A program made the translations under genes and the position numbers. Shown one piece after another: positions 28,701-36,650 of a stretch of 64,000 nucleotides of DNA. The stretch comes from Candidatus Saccharimonadota bacterium. Its GTDB lineage: Bacteria > Patescibacteriota > Saccharimonadia > Saccharimonadales > Saccharimonadaceae. The stretch spans positions 21,553 to 85,552 of the forward strand of contig JAFYXW010000006.1 in the NCBI GenBank assembly GCA_017557865.1, read 5' to 3'. Below the pieces are notes generated by a model. The model saw only the letters and a list, made by a program, of their open reading frames with translations, did not search any database and had not been told where the DNA came from. Position 1 is the first letter of the stretch; every line of letters begins with the position of its first letter.

Positions 28701-31700
28701 GTCCCGACCAATGCACCGGCAGACGGGCTCGGCAGCAACAAGGCAGGCGGCTATTATAATTATTGCGCGACATCAGCGGGCAGCTATTGTTATGGGGATG
28801 GCATAAGCGAGGGAACATCAATAGGCAATGCCACAGAAGATATTTGTCCATCTGGCTGGCGTTTAGGTACAGGTGGTACCGATGGCGAATATGGCGCATT
28901 GGCTGCAGCCTACAATAATGACGTTTCTGATTTCATGACGGCATTCTCCGCTCCTATTGCTGGCGGGGTTTCTAACAATATATATTATCGTAATAGCTAT
29001 GTGTGGTTCTGGACCAGCACAAGGTACGATAATGAATGGATGTATTCTCTAGATATTGATGCTAGAGACACCCCAGCCGTAATATATCCAGCTGGTTACA
29101 TCGATGATGACACTGGTAGACAATTACGTCCTTCTGGACAAACAGTAAGATGCGTATCGTCGCATTTGCAGGGCGAAACCTATGATGTCACATTGGACGG
29201 CAATGGAGCTACCAACACGCCGACTGCATCTACTACTGTCGTTCATAGCGCCACTGCTCTGTCTTCTATTTCTACACTTCCGGTTCGAGCCTACAATCTT
29301 AGTTTCGCTCTTGACTCTACTGCCACTGGTGCAACCGTAACCTATCAAGATTCCGGAAATTGTACTTCCGCCGCCACCTGCGCTTCCGTGTATAACTTCA
29401 CCGGCTGGTATCAAGAAGCTGCTGCTACAAATAAAATTGCCTCAAGCTCCCCGACTCCGGCTCTAGAAGCCAATACTGCATATACCAATGCAAGTGGTAA
29501 GTGGACCCATAGTGGTGGTGCTACCCTCTATGCCGGTTGGGATGGCACCAATGCGAGCGTTACACTACCAACTATCGTTAAGAATGGTTACAGTTGTGTT
29601 TGGAAAGATCAAAATGACAATACTTACGCTTCAGGAGCATCAATTGTGTCTACTGCAGACCGCACCCTTACTGGCTATTGTACCGGTAATACCTACACTG
29701 CCACCTTCTACTACCAAAGCGATTCTACTCTTCGCGGAGAAACTATTTCTACCGCCACAGCACAATGTACCGTCTCCAACTCTGCAGGGAACTGTACAGC
29801 TACCATCCCAACTGCGGTTAGAAATTCTGTTGGTACCTACAATAACGCCTACGCCGGTGTAGCCGCAACAGTAAACACTATGGCTGCCGCAAACAGTGGC
29901 ACTAATGTCACCCTCACCGGCAATGCTAACTTCTATGCGATATATAGAACTTCGGTCCTGCTTCATAAACCAGTCTCTTCTTCTGCTACCACAGACCAAA
30001 CTCTTTATAGAAACCAATACTTTACCTCTAATTCCGCGCTTTCAACCAAACTTTCTACATCTACTACCGGTACCGCCAACTGGACCTATGCTTCAAGCTT
30101 CACAGATGATAGCGGTGGGTATGGCTTGTTCAGGCTTACTTCTACTATGGGTACCTCATCAAGTGTAGGTACGCAGATTAAAACTTGTGGGTCAGCTGGG
30201 ACTGGCTACTGTAGTTCCGTAGCGGCTATAGCTGCCAGCGATGTTACAGAAGCATACGTAGTCGAGAACAAGGTTATTACCGCTACTTTCTATTACAACA
30301 ATAATACTAATGTTAGTGCTTGTACTGCTGCAGCTGTAACCTCTACCACCAATACTGGCAATAGATACGCGTATATTACCGCCGCTAGCGTAAGCACTAT
30401 CGGCAACCGTCAGATTAGTATCCCAGACGTAGTAACGAATAGTAAAGGGACTTGTGGCATGCCATACCTAAATGTAGGCACATCTACTGGCAACATGACC
30501 GCCGTTACGCCGAATACTTCACAGGGCAATAAAAACTACTATGCTCGTTATTCTCAGGAACAACAGGTGTTTTATTACCATATCGAGTCAAGCGGTGGTG
30601 GTGGCGCGGTCGCGGCAAACTACACTTATAAGTCCATATACCGCAATCAGAGAGTTAGCGGTACCTCCGCAAGTAGCGTTTCCACTATTGTATTGGCGGA
30701 CTCTACTACTGGTACCTCTAACTACACTACCGAGGCTGGTCCGGGTAGCTCCGAATGGACTGGGCTCGCGGCTTCTAGTACCACGACTCCAGCTTATACT
30801 TCTGTTGCTGCAGCTGCCACTGCGAACAAAATTCATACTACACCATTCTATACTATTTATACGATTAGTGTTACTTTCGCGAAGGGAGCGAATACTAGCG
30901 CTATCGGCGGAACCTCTGGTTCTTGTAAACTAAACGCCACGAATGGTAATTCTGGCACCTTCAGTTGTAGTATCAAAACGCCGACGATCACTCCGAATGC
31001 TGGCTATACGGCCTGTGGGTGGAACAGTACTAATGGTGCTACTTCCGGCACGAACGCAGGTAGTAATATAAGTGTTAGTATTAATGGAGCAAAATATTAT
31101 GGTAACTCAAAGGATATTACGGCGCCTTCTGTGCCAGGCGTAAGTACACAACCGTATGCACTAGAAATAACTGGCAATGTTTGGTGGAACTTTAGAGTAA
31201 AAATGCAAGCAACAGACACTAGCGGTTCAAATATTAAATTTACGATTACTAATACTACCGGGACTAGCACGAATACCTGTGGCGATAATGAGGTCTGTGA
31301 AGTATTCGTAAGGTCCACAAAGAGATTTGACGCTGCCGGCGGCGGTAATCCTGCGACCGCCTATACGTATAATGCCGTTTCCGAAGATGCGGCCGGCAAT
31401 AAAACAACCAATACTGACGGATTTGCTCCGCAAGGAACTTCTGGTTGGTCTGCGCAAAACTTCTATGTGCAACAACTATACGGTGGCATTAGAGCAGCAT
31501 GGGGCTCTCCGTACCAAACCAATCCTTACGAACAAAGTGGTGTTATCCAACCATTAACCATTGGTAACACTAAAGCTGCCACGGTAGTTAAAGATATATT
31601 TAGAAGTATAGAGGCGCAGGAGTTCTACGCTGGAAAAAGTGCTCTTTATAAATGTCAGCAGATGTATCATGCTATCTTTGGTAGAGAAATAGATTCTGCT

Positions 31701-31880
31701 GGTTCTACTACCTGCTCAGCTGCCATTAATAATAATGGTGGGAAGATGGGGGCTGTGGCCGCAAGTCTTGCTAACTCTAATGAGGCACAAAGTCTATTCG
31801 CTCTTCTAGGGTTTAATACCGGAAATGCTGAAGGCTCTACGGACGATGCGACCGAACATTGGGCAATTCTCCCATGGTAG
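22752..31880 (+). CDS. Giant (3,042 aa) secreted/cell-surface repeat protein: Listeria-Bacteroides (Flg_new-type) repeats, three FISUMP/lectin-like modules and a DUF4214-like C-terminus
   Basis: Uninterrupted 9.1-kb ORF with a GTG start after GGGAGA. Signal/TM (…FLFFISIFAFLNIATFVSAPAVSAAA). Recurrent …GY.F.GW… repeat signatures. 3x DKRDE..Y.VGKL.DG.YW.LENL…GGYYNYCA.SAGSYCYG…EDICPSGWR…IRC. C-terminal …MYHAIFGREIDSAG… (DUF4214-like). Confidence 0.9.
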   Translation: MLKRGKNWELKARCRLGLRQVFLFFISIFAFLNIATFVSAPAVSAAAKQSTLSLTMETGKLTMTLSPELNGRFVKSSNAGISVTTDNYSGYRLTITSNGGTSLSSSNGRNIESVDTAISETVFRNNASYVNKWGYKPSQYVNDSNEVVTSNTNYLPAPSTTGSLIDVTSAANSTAKTYTLSIAAKIDFDIPPGTYTRNITLAAIANDIIYNISYDKNTADTVTNMPVTNPQIVTIAGGTAAASSKTTLSNATPTRTGYDFMGWCSTTTTADAAGTQTCSGTTYAAGADYGIDQTADGTNITLRAIWKIHDYTITINYGPGISSLSGTGWEVYGDSISKTFHIGDTVDLATIASTYNTGYSGAKYAKTDTYGTLSGSTYTVGAGDGSITFSASTLDTPVCEMTGGSVKVYNRTSTMITATSNSDNYDINSVDITYSFGYASSKNGTLGNFGPAQTGNTTTFQKDDWRGIRYYGVTVVVTDVTDNTITATCTSGTGTGQGTTVANRATVAFVNSRVDLDANGGTLAGGNNPFYVSYQSGAKYTTRVGTTAATVPTVTPPDGYAFDGWYTASDGGDKVLSANGTVVGAVTNWTNADGQWIKTATTDTAGTAGNVLYAHYIANTYDVTLDQCSATTSGSTSTTATYGATTLASINNPQRAYTISFANDSSAAASSMDPLTATYTFGGWVSTSCGSSTLVASYDATPVLQADVTNFTDGSGHWARADSATLYAKWASASVTLPTLSKAGYTCNWTDGTNDYTPGASIVPGQDLDLYASCTANPYTVTITTGNGVTTLTASGWDGSGTSTISKTFYTDDVIDLTTITPTRATGYVGTAYEKTDTYGTLSGSSYIVGPGAGAITLNVSGIAAPTCEITGGTTKVYNYQNTTLTATDTSVNYDSNMTITYNFGYADTDSDALDNFSEAQAENTFTVTNSAYRGTRYYGVTIDVTDGTFSSSCTSATGTGAGGRTEMTLINSRIDFDANGGTLNGAETLYVSYNMGGSYRSSYGGRTWNGGISYNCYNSGGTTYCSYFYPGTFAYTTATGTAPAHLPSATAPDIGYELDGWYTAATGGSRITGKTNGSWSTSSNTRYSSYTGQFLYAPSAVCGTSSNRCNSDVAGWKYAYYNLDSVSGGYYSQYRYWRKTGTDLSDNVAENRLYAHYKAKQYTITLDKNGATNNPTSNGYVNYDATQFRSALSTLPVRSYTISGWTTPAENKANGAVVNGGTTPTDATASYAFDGWYQEAEATHKIASSASTPVLEANTDYTDANGVWKNDGNVTLYAGWTGQSVTLPTITKYGSVCGWTTVATDATTIEYASGAAITPTTDMTLYGVCIGNYLQDITPTELAGLLPNVGDTVVLLDKRDETGYMVGKLADGNYWFLENLALDLLDSDVQTKMNSSNTLTNASQATINKLINGGGTTSDKYPTAGIEEWSSGVGSYSRALVDDLSEKDAVPSDSMSTAGGWKNGGYYNYCAASAGSYCYGNGTTEGTSAGDDTEDICPSGWRMPTGGTGGEYDSLYSAYGNSYSNLRSALRIPLSGYYWGIHTPPYTDVGSTVHFWASTRYSNSEMNLLYLSDSPTEVQSNGYYTRNHGFNIRCVAKRYLQDVTNNDLVTMLPSVGSTTVLTDKRDETDYTVGRLKDGNYWLLENLSLDLTDSSVQAKMNSSDTLTNASQSSIDKMINGGGTASDKYAITGVNTQTSGGSYSEARLSLEDIDTVPSDTLSTSGGWKVGGYYNYCATSAGSYCYGDGASEGTPVGNATEDICPSGWRLATDDSGGEYRVLYNLYNNYTDFRAALHLPLSGYYYDASSHDQGTDGYFWSSTYKDSVYMYDLRAGTSLITPQYDGNRRGEGSIRCFKAGSLQSISRAEMDELMPDAGTATILFDSRDGNKYTVGKLEDDKFWMLDNLALDLTNSSVQSNMNNSFNTLTNASQTSINKMINGGGTTSDQYPIAGVGTFTFETPNGQYQPSWYNFSRAYVYMNDKDVVPTNAPADGLGSNKAGGYYNYCATSAGSYCYGDGISEGTSIGNATEDICPSGWRLGTGGTDGEYGALAAAYNNDVSDFMTAFSAPIAGGVSNNIYYRNSYVWFWTSTRYDNEWMYSLDIDARDTPAVIYPAGYIDDDTGRQLRPSGQTVRCVSSHLQGETYDVTLDGNGATNTPTASTTVVHSATALSSISTLPVRAYNLSFALDSTATGATVTYQDSGNCTSAATCASVYNFTGWYQEAAATNKIASSSPTPALEANTAYTNASGKWTHSGGATLYAGWDGTNASVTLPTIVKNGYSCVWKDQNDNTYASGASIVSTADRTLTGYCTGNTYTATFYYQSDSTLRGETISTATAQCTVSNSAGNCTATIPTAVRNSVGTYNNAYAGVAATVNTMAAANSGTNVTLTGNANFYAIYRTSVLLHKPVSSSATTDQTLYRNQYFTSNSALSTKLSTSTTGTANWTYASSFTDDSGGYGLFRLTSTMGTSSSVGTQIKTCGSAGTGYCSSVAAIAASDVTEAYVVENKVITATFYYNNNTNVSACTAAAVTSTTNTGNRYAYITAASVSTIGNRQISIPDVVTNSKGTCGMPYLNVGTSTGNMTAVTPNTSQGNKNYYARYSQEQQVFYYHIESSGGGGAVAANYTYKSIYRNQRVSGTSASSVSTIVLADSTTGTSNYTTEAGPGSSEWTGLAASSTTTPAYTSVAAAATANKIHTTPFYTIYTISVTFAKGANTSAIGGTSGSCKLNATNGNSGTFSCSIKTPTITPNAGYTACGWNSTNGATSGTNAGSNISVSINGAKYYGNSKDITAPSVPGVSTQPYALEITGNVWWNFRVKMQATDTSGSNIKFTITNTTGTSTNTCGDNEVCEVFVRSTKRFDAAGGGNPATAYTYNAVSEDAAGNKTTNTDGFAPQGTSGWSAQNFYVQQLYGGIRAAWGSPYQTNPYEQSGVIQPLTIGNTKAATVVKDIFRSIEAQEFYAGKSALYKCQQMYHAIFGREIDSAGSTTCSAAINNNGGKMGAVAASLANSNEAQSLFALLGFNTGNAEGSTDDATEHWAILPW

Positions 31881-31915
31881 TTTGCTAAATGTTTTTTGGG
31901 CTTTAATAAGTTTTG

Positions 31916-31933
31916 TGCTAAAATTAGGTTATG
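31916..31933 (+). promoter_or_regulatory. Extended -10 box abutting the TPR gene start
   Basis: TGcTAAAAT (31916-31924), 6 nt, ATG at 31931. Confidence 0.5.
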
Positions 31934-32659
31934 GTTGCAGTTTTTGTAATTTTGATTTTTTCAGCTTACCTAGCATTTTTGTTTCCGTTTGAAGAAAAGG
32001 AACAGAAGGTAGAGGAAAAATCACCAAAGTATACTGCACAGATGAAAAAATTGTGGCAGATTGCCCAAACTTCTATGAAAGAGCGCAAACCTTTTCGTGC
32101 AGAAAAGGCACTGCTTACGATTTTGAAATTTGACGAAAAGAACGCTGCTGCATACAACCGCTTAGGTATTTTATATGCTAAGGGGCAAAAATATGACGAG
32201 GCCGTGGAGTGTTTTGAAATCGCTCAGTCGCTAGATAATAACCCGGCTTCTATTCATAACGTAGGGTTGATTTACTTAGAAACCGGTGCATACGAGAAGG
32301 CCGAAATGGCATTTCTCCAGGCGATTGAATTAGAGGGAGATGTACCAGCAAGATTTATTGCTCTTGCTAAAGCTGAAGAAAAACTTGGTAAAACTAAAAA
32401 AGCAGTAGAAGCCCTAGAGAACGCTTACGAGCTTGATCCAAATGTAAATACTCTTCGTCAAATTTTGGCGATTTATGAAAATGCGGATGATGAGGAAGCT
32501 ACACTTGCAACGGCGGCGCGCATAGAAGAACAAATTATGAAAGATAACGCGGTAAAAGCCAAAAAATCAGCGAAATCGGTGGTAAAGAAAGTGACAAAAA
32601 CTGCCACAAAACCAGTGCGAAAAATAGTTAAACCGCATGCTGGACAAAAAAGGATTTAG
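31931..32659 (+). CDS. Tetratricopeptide-repeat (TPR) protein with N-terminal TM and a Lys-rich tail
   Basis: TPR-like units (…AAYNRLGILYAKGQKYDEAVECFEIAQSLDNN…, …GAYEKAEMAFLQAIELEGD…). Leaderless-type promoter TGcTAAAAT-N6-ATG. Confidence 0.75.
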   Translation: MVAVFVILIFSAYLAFLFPFEEKEQKVEEKSPKYTAQMKKLWQIAQTSMKERKPFRAEKALLTILKFDEKNAAAYNRLGILYAKGQKYDEAVECFEIAQSLDNNPASIHNVGLIYLETGAYEKAEMAFLQAIELEGDVPARFIALAKAEEKLGKTKKAVEALENAYELDPNVNTLRQILAIYENADDEEATLATAARIEEQIMKDNAVKAKKSAKSVVKKVTKTATKPVRKIVKPHAGQKRI

Positions 32660-32678
32660 GGTTTATAATAGTTTTAGT

Positions 32679-32763
32679 GCTGGAATCGTCTAGTGGCAAT
32701 GACAAGAGACTGTAAATCTCTCGCCTTCGGGCTTCGTAGGTTCGAGTCCTACTTCCAGCACCA
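32679..32763 (+). tRNA. tRNA-Tyr (anticodon GTA), class II with a long variable arm
   Basis: 85 nt: acceptor GCTGGAA/TTCCAGC, anticodon stem AGAGA/TCTCT with loop CTGTAAA, long variable arm, T-arm GTAGG-TTCGAGT-CCTAC, CCA. Confidence 0.88.
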
Positions 32764-32769
32764 TTTAGT

Positions 32770-32845
32770 GCCGCTATAGCTCAGTTGGTAGAGCGCATCC
32801 ATGGTAAGGATGAGGTCACCGGTTCAAACCCGGTTGGCGGCTCCA
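32770..32845 (+). tRNA. tRNA-Thr (anticodon GGT)
   Basis: 76 nt: acceptor GCCGCTA/TGGCGGC, anticodon loop ATGGTAA, T-arm ACCGG-TTCAAAC-CCGGT, CCA, then a T-run. Confidence 0.88.
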
Positions 32846-32881
32846 TTTTTGTGCTATATTGTTTTGTGTTATAATGTAGTT

Positions 32882-33601
32882 ATGAATAGATTAGTCACAA
32901 GTGGGTTTAATATTTGGAAAATATTTATAAAAAACAAGCTTGCTTCTTCTATTATGATGCTTGTGGGCGGCGCGATGATGCTTATTGCTGCAATCAACGG
33001 CAAGGGGAATGATACCAAATCTTTGCCACTTCTGATTACTTCGATCGGGTTGGTGCTTAGTTTTTGGTCTTTTTATCGGATTGGAGTGATTAAATCTGAT
33101 TACGATAAAACAAAAGATAGGCAAGAAAAATTAGCAACACGTCATCTTTTGTTTTCGCAGTTTTTTGAGACGGCTTTATATTTGGTTGCGGCAGTAGTCG
33201 GCTTCTTCTTAATTCTAAATGAGGGCTTCACAAATAAGGCTTTGAACCTTATGTCTGGGTTCTTCTCGATTTTAAATGGCGTATTTGGCGCGATCTATGT
33301 ATTTAAAAATCGCGAAAATCAAACGCTTTGGTGGAAGTTTAGAATTTTCCTTACTGTGATTGAATTTACACTTGGTTTTTATTTTATTTTTGCTTCCGAC
33401 AATATTGAGATTGGTTGGTATATAGTAATGGGTGCACTTACTACTGTGGCAGGATTAATCGAAGTCGTATCTTCGTTTACAGCCGATAATATTCGTAATA
33501 CCGTAAACGATGGTAAAGATATTTATAGAATTGTAAAAAATGAAACTATAAGTAAACAACTCGACGACGGCGAAGCTGAAGACGAAGACGCTGATGAATA
33601 G
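32882..33601 (+). CDS. Hypothetical polytopic membrane protein with an acidic C-terminus
   Basis: Start at MNRLVTSG… (TGtTATAAT-N6-ATG); the longer ORF-track start reads through tRNA-Thr. About 6 hydrophobic spans; tail DDGEAEDEDADE. Confidence 0.65.
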   Translation: MNRLVTSGFNIWKIFIKNKLASSIMMLVGGAMMLIAAINGKGNDTKSLPLLITSIGLVLSFWSFYRIGVIKSDYDKTKDRQEKLATRHLLFSQFFETALYLVAAVVGFFLILNEGFTNKALNLMSGFFSILNGVFGAIYVFKNRENQTLWWKFRIFLTVIEFTLGFYFIFASDNIEIGWYIVMGALTTVAGLIEVVSSFTADNIRNTVNDGKDIYRIVKNETISKQLDDGEAEDEDADE

Positions 33602-34952
33602 GGTTTACATTGCGATTGACCTTAAATCTTTTTATGCGTCAGTAGAATGTGTAGAGCGGGGGTTAGATCCTTTAAAAGCTAAGCTTGTAGTGGCTGATCC
33701 GACACGCACCGAGAAAACGATTTGCCTGGCCGTATCGCCGGCTTTAAAGGAGCTGGGTATCCCAGGTCGTGCGAGGCTATATGAAGTTTATCAAAAAGCA
33801 CGAGGCGTAGATTTTATTATTGCCCCGCCGCAAATGAAAAAGTATATGGAAGTAAGCACCAAAATTTTTGGTATTTATGCTTCTTTTGTGGCGCCGACAG
33901 ATATACATGTTTATTCGGTAGACGAGGCGTTTTTAGACGTGACGACTTATCTTAAAACATATAATCAAACTCCGCATGATTTGGCGCGGACAATTATCAG
34001 GAAAGTACTAAAGGAAACTGGCATAACTGCTACAGCTGGTATTGGTACAAATATGTATTTGGCAAAGATTGCAATGGACATTAAAGCTAAACATATGCCG
34101 GCCGATAGAGATGGCGTAAGAATTGCTGAGTTAGACGAGATGAGTTATCGTAAAGAGCTTTGGGAGCACGAGCCTTTGACGGATTTTTGGCGGATTGGGC
34201 CGGGCATTGCGAAAAGGCTATATAAGCTTGGAATCCATAATATGGGTGAGCTGGCCAGATATTCACTTTCTGGCGGCGAAAAACTGTACTCTGAGTTTGG
34301 TAAGATTGCCGAACTGATTATTGATCATGCGTGGGGATATGAACCCGTAACGATAAAGGATGTACTAGATTATCACTCTTCTAACCGCAGCATGACAGAA
34401 GGGCAAGTTTTGCATGAACCGTATAATTATACTGAGGCACGCGTGGTGATTTTGGAAATGGCCGATAAACTTTCTTTGGATCTTGTAAGGATGAGGCTCC
34501 AGACTGATCAAATTGTTATTACGATTGGCTATGATGTTTCAAATAAAAACTATAAAGGCGAGACTACAAAAGACTTTTACGGACGAAGCGTGCCAAAACA
34601 TTCGCACGGCACGATTAATCTTGATGACTTTTCTTCTTCTACCGAATTAATTATGCAAAAGGTTGGGGAACTTTTTGACCGGATCGTTAAGAAAGATTTA
34701 ACGATTCGCAGAATGTATGTCGTGTTTAATCACGTCAAGATAGAAACTGGCACAAATAACAAGAAACAGCTTAATTTATTTACTAATTACGAAGATGAAG
34801 CGAAGAAAAACGAGCGAGAAAAGCGTCGCCAGAAAGCAATTTTAAAAATAAAAGGAAAGTATGGTAAAAATGCAATTCTCCGGGGCATGAATTATGAAAA
34901 GGGTGCTACTATGCGACAACGGAATGAACAAGTAGGGGGACATAAAGCGTGA
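33594..34952 (+). CDS. Y-family (translesion) DNA polymerase, UmuC/UvrX-like
   Basis: N-terminal catalytic motif IAIDLKSFYASVECVERGLDP…; …YSVDEAFLDVT…. Confidence 0.85.
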   Translation: MNRVYIAIDLKSFYASVECVERGLDPLKAKLVVADPTRTEKTICLAVSPALKELGIPGRARLYEVYQKARGVDFIIAPPQMKKYMEVSTKIFGIYASFVAPTDIHVYSVDEAFLDVTTYLKTYNQTPHDLARTIIRKVLKETGITATAGIGTNMYLAKIAMDIKAKHMPADRDGVRIAELDEMSYRKELWEHEPLTDFWRIGPGIAKRLYKLGIHNMGELARYSLSGGEKLYSEFGKIAELIIDHAWGYEPVTIKDVLDYHSSNRSMTEGQVLHEPYNYTEARVVILEMADKLSLDLVRMRLQTDQIVITIGYDVSNKNYKGETTKDFYGRSVPKHSHGTINLDDFSSSTELIMQKVGELFDRIVKKDLTIRRMYVVFNHVKIETGTNNKKQLNLFTNYEDEAKKNEREKRRQKAILKIKGKYGKNAILRGMNYEKGATMRQRNEQVGGHKA

Positions 34953-35146
34953 AATATGACGATATTATAAATTTGCCGCCATATCATGTGCCAGGTAGAC
35001 CTTATATGTCGATGCGGGACAGAGCTGGGCAATTCATGCCGTTTAAATCTTTGAAGGGCTACGATGAAATGGTGGGGAGCACGGCCGACGAAGTGATGGG
35101 ACAAGAATGGGCGCATATTGATTTTGATGATGCGGAATACTTTTAA
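34949..35146 (+). CDS. YolD-like small protein
   Basis: A 65-aa protein, …MSMRDRAGQFMPFKSLKGYDEMV…, overlapping the polymerase stop by 4 nt. Confidence 0.65.
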   Translation: MKYDDIINLPPYHVPGRPYMSMRDRAGQFMPFKSLKGYDEMVGSTADEVMGQEWAHIDFDDAEYF

Positions 35147-35184
35147 TTTGGTATAATGGTAAGAACGAAAGGAGATAATACAAA

Positions 35185-35946
35185 ATGTTTAGTTTAAAAG
35201 GTAGAGTGGCTGCGGTTTCTGGCGCTTCTTCTGGTCTTGGCCAACAAATGGCTTTAGCTTTGGCTCGCCAAGGCGCATCACTCGTAATTATGGCGCGCAG
35301 AATGGAACGCCTTGAAGAGTTCAAGCCAAAACTAGAAAAAGCTGGTGCCCCTAAGGTGCTCTGCCTAAAAGTAGATGTGACTAATACTGAAGATATTGAT
35401 GCCGCTGCCGAAGCTGCCGAAAAAGAATTTGGTAAAGTAGATATTCTATTAAACTGCGCTGGTTCTTCGAAGGACAAAGGCGTACTTGATATGGCTGATG
35501 ATGAATGGGATTTTACTATTGCAACTGACGAGACTTCCGTGTTTAAGATGACTCGCGCTTTTGGAAAGATTATGAAAAAGAACAATTATGGCCGTATTAT
35601 TAATATTGCTTCGATGTATGGTCTAGTTGGTAATACCGAGATTCCTACTATTGCTTATCACGCCTCAAAAGGTGCGGTAGTAAACTTTACTCGTGCCGTT
35701 GCAGCTGAGCTTGCAACTTCTGGTATTACTTGTAATGCAATTTGCCCAGGGTATTTTTATACAGAGCTTACGACTGCAGTTCTAGACACTCCACGCTTCC
35801 AAGAATTCGCTAAAACTCATGTGCCAATGGAACGTTACGGCAAACCTGGTGAGCTAGATGCAGCTGTGGTATTCTTGGCTTCAGAAGAAGCATCTTATGT
35901 AACTGGCTTAATCATGCCGGTAGACGGTGGTTATACTTGCATCTAA
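35185..35946 (+). CDS. Short-chain dehydrogenase/reductase (SDR) family oxidoreductase
   Basis: Cofactor motif VSGASSGLG; catalytic YHASKGA; SD AAGGAG. Confidence 0.85.
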   Translation: MFSLKGRVAAVSGASSGLGQQMALALARQGASLVIMARRMERLEEFKPKLEKAGAPKVLCLKVDVTNTEDIDAAAEAAEKEFGKVDILLNCAGSSKDKGVLDMADDEWDFTIATDETSVFKMTRAFGKIMKKNNYGRIINIASMYGLVGNTEIPTIAYHASKGAVVNFTRAVAAELATSGITCNAICPGYFYTELTTAVLDTPRFQEFAKTHVPMERYGKPGELDAAVVFLASEEASYVTGLIMPVDGGYTCI

Positions 35947-35955
35947 AGGAGGAAT

Positions 35956-36501
35956 ATGAAAACAAAATATGATGGCACTAAGACTTACGAGAATCTAAAA
36001 AAGGCTTTTGCCGGTGAAAGTGAAGCACGCAACAAATATGATTTCTTTGCGTCTAAAGCCAAGAAAGACGGTTACGAACAGATTGCAGCGATTTTTGCTG
36101 AAACTGCCCTTAACGAAAAAGAACACGCCAAGATGTGGTATAAAGAACTCCATGGTGGCGCAGTAGAGGATACGGATGTGAATTTGGAAGCGGCTGCAGA
36201 CGGTGAAAACTATGAATGGACCGACATGTATGCTGGTTTTGCAGAAACTGCGCGCGCGGAAGGTTTTGAAGAATTGGCGGTTAAATTTGAAGAAGTAGCT
36301 AAGATTGAGAAATCCCACGAAGAGCGTTATCGCAAACTGCTTGCCAACGTGAATGACAAGAAAGTCTTCTCAAAAGATGGTGATGTGATTTGGGTTTGCC
36401 GTAACTGTGGCCATATCGTGATTGGTAAAAACGCTCCAGAAGTTTGTCCGGTTTGTAATCACCCGCAAAGTTACTTCGAGATTAAAGCTGAAAATTATTA
36501 A
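35956..36501 (+). CDS. rbr: Rubrerythrin
   Basis: Ferritin-like di-iron domain (E…EXXH pairs) plus a C-terminal rubredoxin-type CRNCGH…CPVCNHP. Confidence 0.9.
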   Translation: MKTKYDGTKTYENLKKAFAGESEARNKYDFFASKAKKDGYEQIAAIFAETALNEKEHAKMWYKELHGGAVEDTDVNLEAAADGENYEWTDMYAGFAETARAEGFEELAVKFEEVAKIEKSHEERYRKLLANVNDKKVFSKDGDVIWVCRNCGHIVIGKNAPEVCPVCNHPQSYFEIKAENY

Positions 36502-36526
36502 TCTTGTGATATAATAAAAAGTGGAT

Positions 36527-36602
36527 GCCGTAATAGCTCAGTTGGTAGAGCAGCCGCCTTGTAAGCGGCAGGTCGTCGGTTCAAGTCCGACTTGCGGCTC
36601 CA
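36527..36602 (+). tRNA. tRNA-Thr (anticodon TGT)
   Basis: 76 nt: acceptor GCCGTAA/TTGCGGC, anticodon stem GCCGC/GCGGC with loop CTTGTAA, T-arm GTCGG-TTCAAGT-CCGAC, CCA. Confidence 0.88.
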
Positions 36603-36616
36603 CGAGTGAAAACAAT

Positions 36617-36640
36617 AGAGAACGCCTGCGTTCTCTTTTT
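36617..36640 (+). terminator. Rho-independent terminator inside the tRNA-Thr(TGT) downstream insert
   Basis: AGAGAACG-CCTG-CGTTCTCT followed by TTTTT. Confidence 0.7.
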
Positions 36641-36650
36641 GTTTTCCGAG

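Noticed and set aside
22752-31880. Cell-wall sorting signal (LPXTG/LAXTG + TM + basic tail) in the giant protein
   Set aside because: The only LP.T-type strings seen (LPTLSK, LPTITK, LPTIVK) are internal repeat motifs not followed by G. The C-terminus (…DDATEHWAILPW) has no hydrophobic anchor.
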